Origin: an uncultured Desulfobacter sp. | Lineage (GTDB): Bacteria; Desulfobacterota; Desulfobacteria; Desulfobacterales; Desulfobacteraceae | Length of the DNA stretch: 64,000 nt | Assembly (NCBI RefSeq): GCF_963664415.2 | Contig: NZ_CAXXPY010000004.1 | Coordinates: 415,742 to 479,741, forward strand | Reading direction: 5' to 3' | In this document: positions 54,623-64,000 of the stretch, piece by piece | Layout: the number at the start of each line of letters is the position of its first letter | How positions within the stretch are numbered: position 1 is the stretch's first letter | Made by a program: the position numbers and the translations under genes | The notes under the pieces: model-generated | Told to the model about the DNA's origin: nothing | The model's database searches: none | The model's input: the letters and a program-made list of their open reading frames with translations, nothing else

Positions 54623-57154
54623 ATGTCTTATGAAAACATAATCGAAACGACAGAAAGGCTGGCAGCAGAATTGATTTTATTCGACCCGGATCAGCCGGAC
54701 TCGATTAAGACACTGTTGCCCATTCTCAAGAGCATACACACACAATGCAAATCATTGGACCTATCGTCAGAGGCTGCGCAAATTATGAAGGCCCGACACA
54801 TTATTGATACCATAATCAAAGACGGGCCCCAGGCCGGCAGCAATTTGTTGTCAAATCTTGACATGATTGTCTCAAATTTCAGCGGGAAACTGAAAAATAT
54901 GGATCAAAAAGAGAACGACAAGTCAGTTATCCAGAAGTCATCTCAATCCGATGACAACGCTCCAAACGACGAATATGAAAAATTAGAGGAAAAATTAAAT
55001 CAGCTGTCAATGCTTGTTGCCGGCTTCTGCCCGGGAAAAGACCAAGATATAGCAGAAACAATCCGTAACGTAGACGACCTTATCACCATTTCTGAAACAA
55101 TTGAGCCTTCTACTTTTTATGATATTTCAAAACTATGCAAACAATATATGACCAATATGAATTTTAGCTGTGCTTGCAATACAAAGCCGGTTGAAGAGGG
55201 AATCGTATTGTTAAAATCCATATTAAGTCATTTAAAAAGAAGAGAACCGTTTACTTTCGATTACTCTGATGTTCTTGAGCTTTTAGAAGAACACCTTACC
55301 TCCAAGGAAACGTGCGATGAGTGTGTTGAAGAGTGCCCGGAAAACGCGTCTGAATCTAAACTTGAACAGGAACCGGATAGTACACCCGAAAAACTGTCCG
55401 AGGATGATGTTGAAATCCTGACCGACTTTATATCCGAGGCAGAAGATAATCTGAACAACATCGAGGTGTCTTTAATTGAGTTGGAGCAGGATCCGGAGAA
55501 CACGGATATCATTAACGACATATTCAGGCCGTTTCACACAATAAAAGGCGTCTCGGGATTTTTATCTTTAGATAAAATCAACCGACTGTCTCATGCCACG
55601 GAAAATCTTTTGGACAGTGCCAGAAGCGGAGATTTCATAATTAATCACTCCGCCACGGATGCGATTCTTGAGTCCGTTGATTTGTTAAAACAACTTCTCG
55701 ACACTGTAAAACAGGGGCTGCCCATCGGTTACAGACAAGAGGACAGCCACTTAGATGTAGAAATTTTAAGAGATAAACTTAAAAGACTTCAGATCTCTTT
55801 GACCAAAGGGGAAAAAGAACCCTTGGGTGAGATTCTTGTCAGAAGAAAGGACCTCAAGGAACAGGATGTTGATGAGGCACTGGAAATCCAGAAAAATCAT
55901 CCGGAAAAAAAGTTTGGTGAAATTCTGATCGAAGATAAAAAGGTCGCTCCTGCTCAAGTCGCCTCAGCGTTAATGGAACAATCAACAGTTAAAAAAAGAG
56001 TGGATTCTCAAGTTAAAGTCAGCACCCGGAAATTGGACGATCTCGTGGATTACGCCGGAGAACTGGTGATTGCCCAGTCTATGCTCAGGCAGCAAACCAT
56101 GGAAAATTCCGCCTTGAGCCAAACCGTTTCACAATTGGGGCAGATTGTAAATAATATGCAGAACATTGCCATGTCCATGCGTATGATCCCCATTAAAGCC
56201 ACATTTATGAAAATGATTCGCCTGGTAAGAGATCTGTCGCGAAAATCGGGCAAACAGATCAATTTAGCGATGACCGGAGAAGAAACCGAAATTGACAGAA
56301 ATGTGGTGGATGCCCTTTATGAGCCCATGGTGCATATGATCAGAAATGCATGTGATCACGGGATTGAATCCCTACAGGAACGTACGGAAAAAGGTAAGCC
56401 CGAACAGGGGAATATCGATCTTCGCGCTTATCATAAAGGCGGGAATATTGTCATTGAAATCGAGGACGACGGCAAGGGGCTGGATCGGGAAAAAATACTT
56501 AAAAAGGCTACCACGACCGGACTGGTTACCGGAAAAGAGCAGATGACGGATGCCCAGGTTTTTAACCTGATTCTTTCACCCGGATTCTCAACTGCAAGCC
56601 AAATTACTGATGTATCCGGTCGGGGCGTTGGCATGGATGTGGTCAAAGAGGGGATTGAAAAATTCCGAGGCCATTTGAATATTGAGTCCGAAAAGGGGGC
56701 AGGCTCCCGATTCATTATCAGCCTTCCTCTGACACTGGCTATTATCGATGGCATGTTGGTCAGGGTTGATGACGAAAAGTATGTTATTCCCACAATCACC
56801 ATTCAAAAAGCATTTAGACCGGGACCGGGTGAATATTTCACCGTAGAAGGGAAAGGTGAGATGGTTAAAGATCGCGGCAATCTGGTGCCTTTAATCCGAT
56901 TAAACGAAATCTATGAAACCAGCAATCATGCCAAATCCGTCGAGCAAAGCCTGGTTGTCGTTGTTGAGTCAAAAGAAGAAAGGCGGGCGCTTTTGATTGA
57001 TGAACTTTTGGGTAAAGATGAATATGTGATTAAAAATCTTGGTGGGAATATGGATGATATCCAAGGGATTGCCGGTGGTGCAATTCTGGCTGACGGAAAA
57101 GTAGGGCTAATCCTGGATGTTCACGGCATATTTTCCATTGTCTCAAAAAAATAA
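54623..57154 (+). CDS. cheA: chemotaxis histidine kinase CheA with a ~280-aa N-terminal extension
   Basis: Hpt motif FRPFHTIKGVSGFL, the HATPase N/G boxes, and a C-terminal CheW-like domain. The ATG at 54623 was chosen. Confidence 0.9.
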   Translation: MSYENIIETTERLAAELILFDPDQPDSIKTLLPILKSIHTQCKSLDLSSEAAQIMKARHIIDTIIKDGPQAGSNLLSNLDMIVSNFSGKLKNMDQKENDKSVIQKSSQSDDNAPNDEYEKLEEKLNQLSMLVAGFCPGKDQDIAETIRNVDDLITISETIEPSTFYDISKLCKQYMTNMNFSCACNTKPVEEGIVLLKSILSHLKRREPFTFDYSDVLELLEEHLTSKETCDECVEECPENASESKLEQEPDSTPEKLSEDDVEILTDFISEAEDNLNNIEVSLIELEQDPENTDIINDIFRPFHTIKGVSGFLSLDKINRLSHATENLLDSARSGDFIINHSATDAILESVDLLKQLLDTVKQGLPIGYRQEDSHLDVEILRDKLKRLQISLTKGEKEPLGEILVRRKDLKEQDVDEALEIQKNHPEKKFGEILIEDKKVAPAQVASALMEQSTVKKRVDSQVKVSTRKLDDLVDYAGELVIAQSMLRQQTMENSALSQTVSQLGQIVNNMQNIAMSMRMIPIKATFMKMIRLVRDLSRKSGKQINLAMTGEETEIDRNVVDALYEPMVHMIRNACDHGIESLQERTEKGKPEQGNIDLRAYHKGGNIVIEIEDDGKGLDREKILKKATTTGLVTGKEQMTDAQVFNLILSPGFSTASQITDVSGRGVGMDVVKEGIEKFRGHLNIESEKGAGSRFIISLPLTLAIIDGMLVRVDDEKYVIPTITIQKAFRPGPGEYFTVEGKGEMVKDRGNLVPLIRLNEIYETSNHAKSVEQSLVVVVESKEERRALLIDELLGKDEYVIKNLGGNMDDIQGIAGGAILADGKVGLILDVHGIFSIVSKK

Positions 57155-57194
57155 AGGCCTGTGACCGCAAAAAAAGAGATGGGGATACGAATAG

Positions 57195-57674
57195 ATGAAA
57201 CAGATTGTCGGCGTTGCAGACATGAAAGTAAGTAATAATCCCGCAGATGATGTAATCACCTACTCGCTTGGATCATGCATAGGATTAGTTATTTATGATC
57301 CGGTTGTAAGAGTTGGCGGCATTCTTCACTATATGCTTCCCGAATCCGCCATTGACAAAGAAAAGGCAACCAGAAAACCATTTATGTTTGCAGATACAGG
57401 TATCCCTCGTCTATTCAAAGCCGCGTACGCAATGGGTGCAAAGAAGCCCAGAATTAAAATATTTGTCGCCGGCGGTGCCGAGATTCTTGATCAAAATGGT
57501 TTCTTTAATATCGGAAAACGCAACTACCTGGCGTTAAAAAAAATGTTTTTTAAGAACAAAGTGATGATCGATAAACAGGAAGTGGGCGGGAATATCAACC
57601 GGACGATCCGAATTGAAATTGCATCGGGGAATATTTTCCTGAAAACCTCAGGATCTAAGGAAGTAAGAATATGA
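57195..57674 (+). CDS. cheD: chemoreceptor glutamine deamidase CheD
   Basis: ITYSLGSCIGLVIYD...GGILHYMLP carries the catalytic Cys context. Confidence 0.85.
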   Translation: MKQIVGVADMKVSNNPADDVITYSLGSCIGLVIYDPVVRVGGILHYMLPESAIDKEKATRKPFMFADTGIPRLFKAAYAMGAKKPRIKIFVAGGAEILDQNGFFNIGKRNYLALKKMFFKNKVMIDKQEVGGNINRTIRIEIASGNIFLKTSGSKEVRI

Positions 57675-58519
57675 CGGTACTGGATAAAATGATTCGTGAG
57701 ATAAACGATTTAACGCCGATGCCCACTGTCGCGAATCGTCTGCTCGAAATGGTGGAAGCGCCGGATAGTTCAATGACCGATATTGCCCGGATAATTCAAT
57801 ATGATCCTGTTATGACGGTAGATATTCTTAAAATATGCAACTCTGCATATGTAGGGCTAAAGACGCCGGCAGAGTCCCTGAAAGATGCAGTGAATATGCT
57901 TGGTACAGATCAGATAATTGAATTGGCGCTGGTAAAATCCAGTGCAAAAGTTCTTTCCGGTGGGCGAAAAGGCTATGGTCTTGAACAGGGAGATATGTGG
58001 CGGTATTCAGTCTCTTCGGCCATCATTGCCAAACAGGTTGCATTGCGGTTGGGACTTAACAACAAAAGTACAATTTTCACTGCGGCTCTCATCAAAGACA
58101 TCGGTAAAATCATATTGGAAAAATATGTATCCAAAGATTTTAAAAAAATTAATATGCTTGTAAAAGAATCCGGTTACAGTTTCAGAGAGGCGGAAAAAAA
58201 AGTAATAGGTATCGATCATGCGGAGATGGGGGCACTGATCGGCAAAACATGGAAGTTCAGCCCGCGAATGATCAAGCTTATTCACCATCACCATCTTAGA
58301 GATGAATCCATGATGAATGATAAAGAGATCGCAGCGGTATACCTGGCCGACTGCATTTGTATGATGGTGGGCAACGGCGTTGGAGCCGATGGCCTGTCAT
58401 ATCGATTCAAGGATCAATTAATGAAAATGCATGGCATTTCTCACTCGGATATGACCGGTATTATAGCCGAATTTGGGGTTAATATAAATGAAGTGAATGT
58501 TTTATTAAAAATGGCGTAA
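57671..58519 (+). CDS. HDOD-domain protein embedded in the che operon
   Basis: LIKDIGKIIL and GIDHAEMGALI. It overlaps the cheD stop by 4 nt. Confidence 0.8.
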   Translation: MTVLDKMIREINDLTPMPTVANRLLEMVEAPDSSMTDIARIIQYDPVMTVDILKICNSAYVGLKTPAESLKDAVNMLGTDQIIELALVKSSAKVLSGGRKGYGLEQGDMWRYSVSSAIIAKQVALRLGLNNKSTIFTAALIKDIGKIILEKYVSKDFKKINMLVKESGYSFREAEKKVIGIDHAEMGALIGKTWKFSPRMIKLIHHHHLRDESMMNDKEIAAVYLADCICMMVGNGVGADGLSYRFKDQLMKMHGISHSDMTGIIAEFGVNINEVNVLLKMA

Positions 58520-58522
58520 TTA

Positions 58523-58607
58523 ATGGCCATGGGCCGACCTGGTCTATCAATACACAGGCTCAGCCCACAACAAAATATGAAAGTAACTTATTGTAACTTT
58601 CATATAA
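58523..58607 (+). repeat. copy C1 of the intergenic repeat family
   Basis: ATGGCCATGGGCCGACCTGGTCTATCAATACACAGGCTCAGCCCACAACAAAATATGAAAGTAAC-TTATT-GTAACTTTCATATAA. Confidence 0.9.
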
Positions 58608-58699
58608 CAGCCATGGGCTGACCTGACATATCAGCTGGCTGGCTTAGCCCACAACAAAGTTTGAAAAATCTGAGTAACTTACCCAGACTTTCATATAAA
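58608..58699 (+). repeat. copy C2 of the intergenic repeat family (tandem to C1)
   Basis: CAGCCATGGGCTGACCTGACATATCAGCTGGCTGGCTTAGCCCACAACAAAGTTTGAAAAATCTG-loop-CAGACTTTCATATAAAA. It ends about 20 nt before the cheY ATG. Confidence 0.9.
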
Positions 58700-59101
58700 A
58701 AAAAGTTAAAGGGAAGCAAATGTCTTATTCAATATTGATTGTAGATGATTCAATGCCCATGAGGACCGTTTTAAAACGCTCTCTTACAGCAGCTGGATAC
58801 GCGGGTGCCAAAATACTTGAAGCCTCAGACGGCAAAGAGGCGTTAACGGTACTTGCAGGTGATTGGGTGGATTTAATTATGACCGACTACAATATGCCGG
58901 AAATGAATGGGCTCAGCTTTTTAAAAAAAATAAAAAACGATGCACTGTTCAAGGAAATTCCGGTGGTTGTCATCTCAACCGAGGGCAACGATTTAAAAAT
59001 TCAAGAATTTATGGATTCCGGTGCCGCCGGCTATATCACAAAGCCGTTCACCCCTGAAAATCTAAGGGATTTAATTGTCAGTATAATTGGAGAACCTGAT
59101 T

Positions 59102-60617
<1,516 letters not shown>

Positions 60618-60636
60618 TTCATAAAAAGGAAAAAAA

Positions 60637-61317
60637 ATGATCAAAAGAGAAGAAAACATATTTACATATCCACAAGAGTTTTCCCAAAATGAAGTGTCAC
60701 ATATTATTGAAAATCTACCAATTGCCATCGCAGTGATGGACGAGACCCGAAAACTGATTTTGGCAAACAAGATGGCCCACATATTTGTAAATAAAGCGGA
60801 TAATCAACTGGCAGGACTTGTAATCGGGGACGCTTTTGGCTGCATTCATCACGAAGATTCACCCGAGAAAGGCGGATCCGGAGAAAAGTGTCTCCAATGT
60901 AAATTGCGGACAATAGCGCATGATACCCTTAAAAACGGCAAGGATCATTTTCAGATAGAAACCGCCATGACCTTTAAATCTATCGGGCGAAGGCATTTGA
61001 AAATTTCGACACGGCCTTTGGAATTCAAAAAAGGCAGGGCCGTTTTACTATCAATTGAAGATATTACAACGGCAAAAAATTATGTACGCGCCGAATCAGA
61101 AATAGAAAAACTGACAACGGTTGTGCAAACAGCAGGTGCCATATGCCACGAGATTAATCAGCCTTTAATGGCGGTTTCAGGTTTTTCAGAACTGTTAATG
61201 GATGACGTCCGCCATGGGCAAATCCAGGAAGAAAATGTCAAAGAAATTAGAGATCAGGCAGAACGGTTGGCTAAGATTACAACCAAGCTGATGGCTATTA
61301 CCAAATACAAAAAATAG
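60637..61317 (+). CDS. PAS-like sensor fused to a DHp (HisKA-like) domain without an ATPase domain
   Basis: IIENLPIAIAVMDE is a PAS-like start. AGAICHEINQPLMAVSGF is an H-box. The protein ends about 55 aa later. Confidence 0.7.
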   Translation: MIKREENIFTYPQEFSQNEVSHIIENLPIAIAVMDETRKLILANKMAHIFVNKADNQLAGLVIGDAFGCIHHEDSPEKGGSGEKCLQCKLRTIAHDTLKNGKDHFQIETAMTFKSIGRRHLKISTRPLEFKKGRAVLLSIEDITTAKNYVRAESEIEKLTTVVQTAGAICHEINQPLMAVSGFSELLMDDVRHGQIQEENVKEIRDQAERLAKITTKLMAITKYKK

Positions 61318-61402
61318 AAATATTGGCATTCCGAAATGCTATACCTAAACAAAGCACCTATAACTGTTACCCCTGGCACGAACCCCAAAGAGGAGAAAAA
61401 TA

Positions 61403-61789
61403 ATGGAAAATAAAAAAATATTAATCGTTGATGACGAACCCCCTATTTTAAGGTTGCTTTCCCAGTTGTTTACCAAAGCCGGTTATGATGTTTCCACCGC
61501 AGAAAATGCACAAGATGCATTGAAAATTATCGAAGAGAATAACATTGTGGTCATGTTTTTTGATTTAAATATGCCGGTGATGAACGGTATGGAATTATGT
61601 AAACAAGTAAAAAGTGCTAAACCGATGTCCATTATCTATGCCATTACAGGCTATGCGTCCTTATTCCAACTGTCGGAATGTCTTGACGTCGGCTTTGAAG
61701 ATTATTTTACAAAGCCGGTGAATGTGTCGACGCTGTTGAAGACGGCCGAATCCGCATTCGAAAAAGTAAACCGCTGGAAAAAAATGTAG
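61403..61789 (+). CDS. single-domain response regulator (CheY-like)
   Basis: ILIVDDE, MFFDLNMPVMNG, and YFTKP. Confidence 0.85.
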   Translation: MENKKILIVDDEPPILRLLSQLFTKAGYDVSTAENAQDALKIIEENNIVVMFFDLNMPVMNGMELCKQVKSAKPMSIIYAITGYASLFQLSECLDVGFEDYFTKPVNVSTLLKTAESAFEKVNRWKKM

Positions 61790-61801
61790 AATTTAACAAA
61801 A

Positions 61802-62599
61802 ATGAATTCCATACTGTTTAAACATAGCGAATTAACGGAATTAAAAGCACTTGTATTCAAGACGTGCGGCATTAATCTTCATGAAGGAAAACTTGAATTG
61901 TTAAAATCCAAGGTTTCCAAACGTATGCGCATGACCCAGATGAATGTCCAAGAATACTTATCACATTTAAGGTCAAATGAACGCGAGGTCATCGAATTTA
62001 TCGATACCATAACAACCAATCACTCTTTTTTTTACAGAGAAAATAAAAGCATTGAGTATATCATCAAACAATTTAATTGTCACCCCAAACGGGAGACAAA
62101 ACACTTTAAAGTCTGGTGTGCGGCTTGTTCCACAGGCGATGAGCCATACACTGCGGCCGTTCAGTTAAAGGATTTGGGTGTAACTTTTTCTATCCTGGCC
62201 ACAGATATATCTCACTCCGTGCTGGATATTGCACAAAAGGGGATCTATAAAAATGATAAGGTCAAGCAGGTGCCCCTGGCGATACTGCATCGATATTTTC
62301 AAAAAGGAACCGGCAAATATAAGGGATATCTAAAAGTTAAAAAGGAAATACAACAGCATATCACTTTCAAAAAGTTTAATTTAATTGCAAACCGCATTCC
62401 TCGCTCGGATTTTGATGCCGTTTTATGCAGAAACGTAATGATCTATTTTAATAATCAAACCAGTGAAACGGTTGTAAACAAATTATACCAAGCCCTTGAT
62501 CCTGGCGGTTTTTTTGCCATCGGCAATGCTGAAAGTCTAATGAATATGAAACATCCGTTTAAATCTGTGGCAGGAATTCCCAGTCTTTATGTAAAGTAG
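61802..62599 (+). CDS. cheR: chemotaxis protein methyltransferase CheR
   Basis: TTNHSFFYRE, VWCAACSTGDEPYT, and LCRNVMIYF. Confidence 0.85.
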   Translation: MNSILFKHSELTELKALVFKTCGINLHEGKLELLKSKVSKRMRMTQMNVQEYLSHLRSNEREVIEFIDTITTNHSFFYRENKSIEYIIKQFNCHPKRETKHFKVWCAACSTGDEPYTAAVQLKDLGVTFSILATDISHSVLDIAQKGIYKNDKVKQVPLAILHRYFQKGTGKYKGYLKVKKEIQQHITFKKFNLIANRIPRSDFDAVLCRNVMIYFNNQTSETVVNKLYQALDPGGFFAIGNAESLMNMKHPFKSVAGIPSLYVK

Positions 62600-62990
62600 C
62601 CTTATGCACGCCTGTTGATTTGATGACTTTTTGAGCTGTGAGTTTTCAATGCCCTATTTTTGCAGCTCTGTGCATGGTAATATTTTACCAAAAACAAGGA
62701 GAATATTTACATAATCACATAAAAATATCTTCCTCGACATTCTGTGACATAGAGCAAGAACGACGATATTTTTTTTAACAATAGCGTCTCAAGCTTATCA
62801 ATAACCATTGATGTTTATTCAAAATAGTAAACATAGACCAGTAAGTCACCCCATTTTTCTTCACTTTTATAACAAATTATCATTTTAAAGTTAGCATGAT
62901 TCTTGCGTAAGATATGCAGACTAATAATCATGACGCAAGCGGTATGTGCGTTTATATGTTTTACTTATTTTATGAAGAAGGAGAACACAT

Positions 62991-63644
62991 TTGTTTAGGT
63001 TCAAATCATTTTTAGGCTCTGTCTGGGTTTCATTATTATTGGTTGGGGTGTTATATTCATATGCGGCGGCCACAACATTAGAAATTGATGAGAGCACCGG
63101 ACTCTTAACAGGAGCGACAGACGTTTTGGTAAATGGATCGTACTATGATGTTGAGTTCGTGGAAGGCACTGCCGAGGAGCTGTTCATGGATGCTGCCGGC
63201 GAATGGGCGTTCAATTTCGCTTCAGAAGGAGAAGCACGTGAAGCGTCGAACGCCTTACTCGCGCAGGTGTTTCAGAACACTGAGGAGGATGATTTTGACG
63301 ACGACCCGACACTTACATATGGCAGTGCTGAAGACTCTCTGTATGATTACTTGTCAATATTAACGACATACGGCCTGCAAACAGGGAGAGAAGGAGGCTA
63401 CGTGTTGGGCATAAGTGCGATAGGTGCGCGGAATAGCAAAGTGGAAGAAGCCGATGAAGCATTTTATGCGACACTCCCCGTTGCCGCCGACACCACGGAC
63501 AGCGATGCTTCAGTTTACGCAAAATGGACCCCGGCCGTCTCATCGGCACCAACACCGACACCCGAGCCAAGCACCATTCTATTATTCGCGGCTGGTCTTA
63601 TCGGTTTTGCAGGTATGAATAGAAAAAAAATCAACAACGCTTAA
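62991..63644 (+). CDS. PEP-CTERM sorting-domain secreted protein
   Basis: TTG start with ggaga 7 nt upstream, and a signal peptide. The C-terminus PTPEPSTILLFAAGLIGFAGMNRKK is PEP, then a TM segment, then a basic tail. Confidence 0.75.
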   Translation: MFRFKSFLGSVWVSLLLVGVLYSYAAATTLEIDESTGLLTGATDVLVNGSYYDVEFVEGTAEELFMDAAGEWAFNFASEGEAREASNALLAQVFQNTEEDDFDDDPTLTYGSAEDSLYDYLSILTTYGLQTGREGGYVLGISAIGARNSKVEEADEAFYATLPVAADTTDSDASVYAKWTPAVSSAPTPTPEPSTILLFAAGLIGFAGMNRKKINNA

Positions 63645-63693
63645 CCGCAACATATCGAAACCGACACACAATCACTGAAACCATCTTTGAGTG

Positions 63694-63757
63694 TACCGCC
63701 CGATGCAGATTGAGCCCGCATCTTGCTCATGAAGCCGGGCGGTATGTATTTTCTTTC
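63694..63757 (+). terminator. candidate terminator after the PEP-CTERM gene
   Basis: The stem taccgcccg / cgggcggta encloses a nested gatgc/gcatc hairpin and is followed by tgtattttctttc. Confidence 0.4.
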
Positions 63758-64000
63758 AAGCCCTCATCCAGGGCGATCTCATAAACCATTCCGCATAGGG
63801 TTTTCTATCAATCTTTTCGTTGATAGCCTGAAAATCGGATAAAGCGTACATTTTAAGCCAGAAACACAACCTTATTGGCGATAACCAATCGAAAGTATTG
63901 GATTTTAAACCATATTTTTGAGGTGTGTGTAAAATTTTTATACGTACATGTTAAGGGCGGATTATGTATGGTTTTATGCAATAATCGGAAAAACTCACGT

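Noticed and set aside
58523-58699. CRISPR array
   Set aside because: Only two adjacent units are present, with no spacer between them. The units are about 90 nt and only about 70-80% identical. Other copies are dispersed singly, and no cas genes are in the window.
61324-61339. Sigma-54 promoter TGGCAT-N-ATGC upstream of the stand-alone response regulator
   Set aside because: The GG to GC spacing is 11 nt instead of the required 10, and the -12 element is ATGC rather than TTGC.
62891-62906. Sigma-54 promoter upstream of the PEP-CTERM gene
   Set aside because: The spacing is correct, but the invariant -24 GG is AG (TTAGCAT). This is too weak to call as a feature. It is mentioned only as context in a finding.

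Overview
This 64-kb chromosomal window is about 40-45% G+C by eye. Its gene content fits an anaerobic, probably marine, Desulfobacterota-like bacterium; that assignment is inference only, since no searches were possible.

Layout, left to right:
- 1-3540: a GC-rich phage-derived island fragment with a Nu1-like HTH, an Xis-like HTH and an S49 prohead protease carrying an internally repeated tail.
- 3638-4349: a GNAT-toxin module, followed by a hairpin-rich spacer and tRNA-Leu(UAA) at 4744-4830.
- 5046-9277: an FmdE-like gene plus an orphan 1008-aa membrane protein.
- 9359-17663 (minus strand): a long envelope gene array of algH, a dynamin-like GTPase, a SLOG protein, a rhomboid with a DnaJ-CTD tail, and ydbH-ynbE-ydbL.
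- 17851-35196: housekeeping genes (manC, murJ, hutH/hutI, mutS, paaK and others).
- 35405-42005: a signalling cluster with a c-di-GMP theme. It holds an MshEN-type GspE ATPase, HDOD, a kinase whose H-box His is Asp, a Zn-ribbon ParA, an orphan ORF with an A12 tract, and PilZ.
- 42253-48506: atpZ-I-B-E, a selenocysteine-containing selD that the ORF track truncates, pgeF, and a class II DAHP synthase.
- 51635-62599: a complete chemosensory operon, followed by a PEP-CTERM protein.

The observations I consider most worth follow-up:
1. A seven-copy, ~90-nt intergenic element with a covarying 3' hairpin, often sitting just upstream of start codons.
2. An amidase gene, translationally coupled to mutS, that is broken by three +1 homopolymer frameshifts.
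3. A His-less kinase together with two kinase-less DHp proteins.
4. The UGA-Sec recoding in selD.

All functional calls rest on motifs recognised by eye in the supplied translations. No database search, folding or statistics was run.
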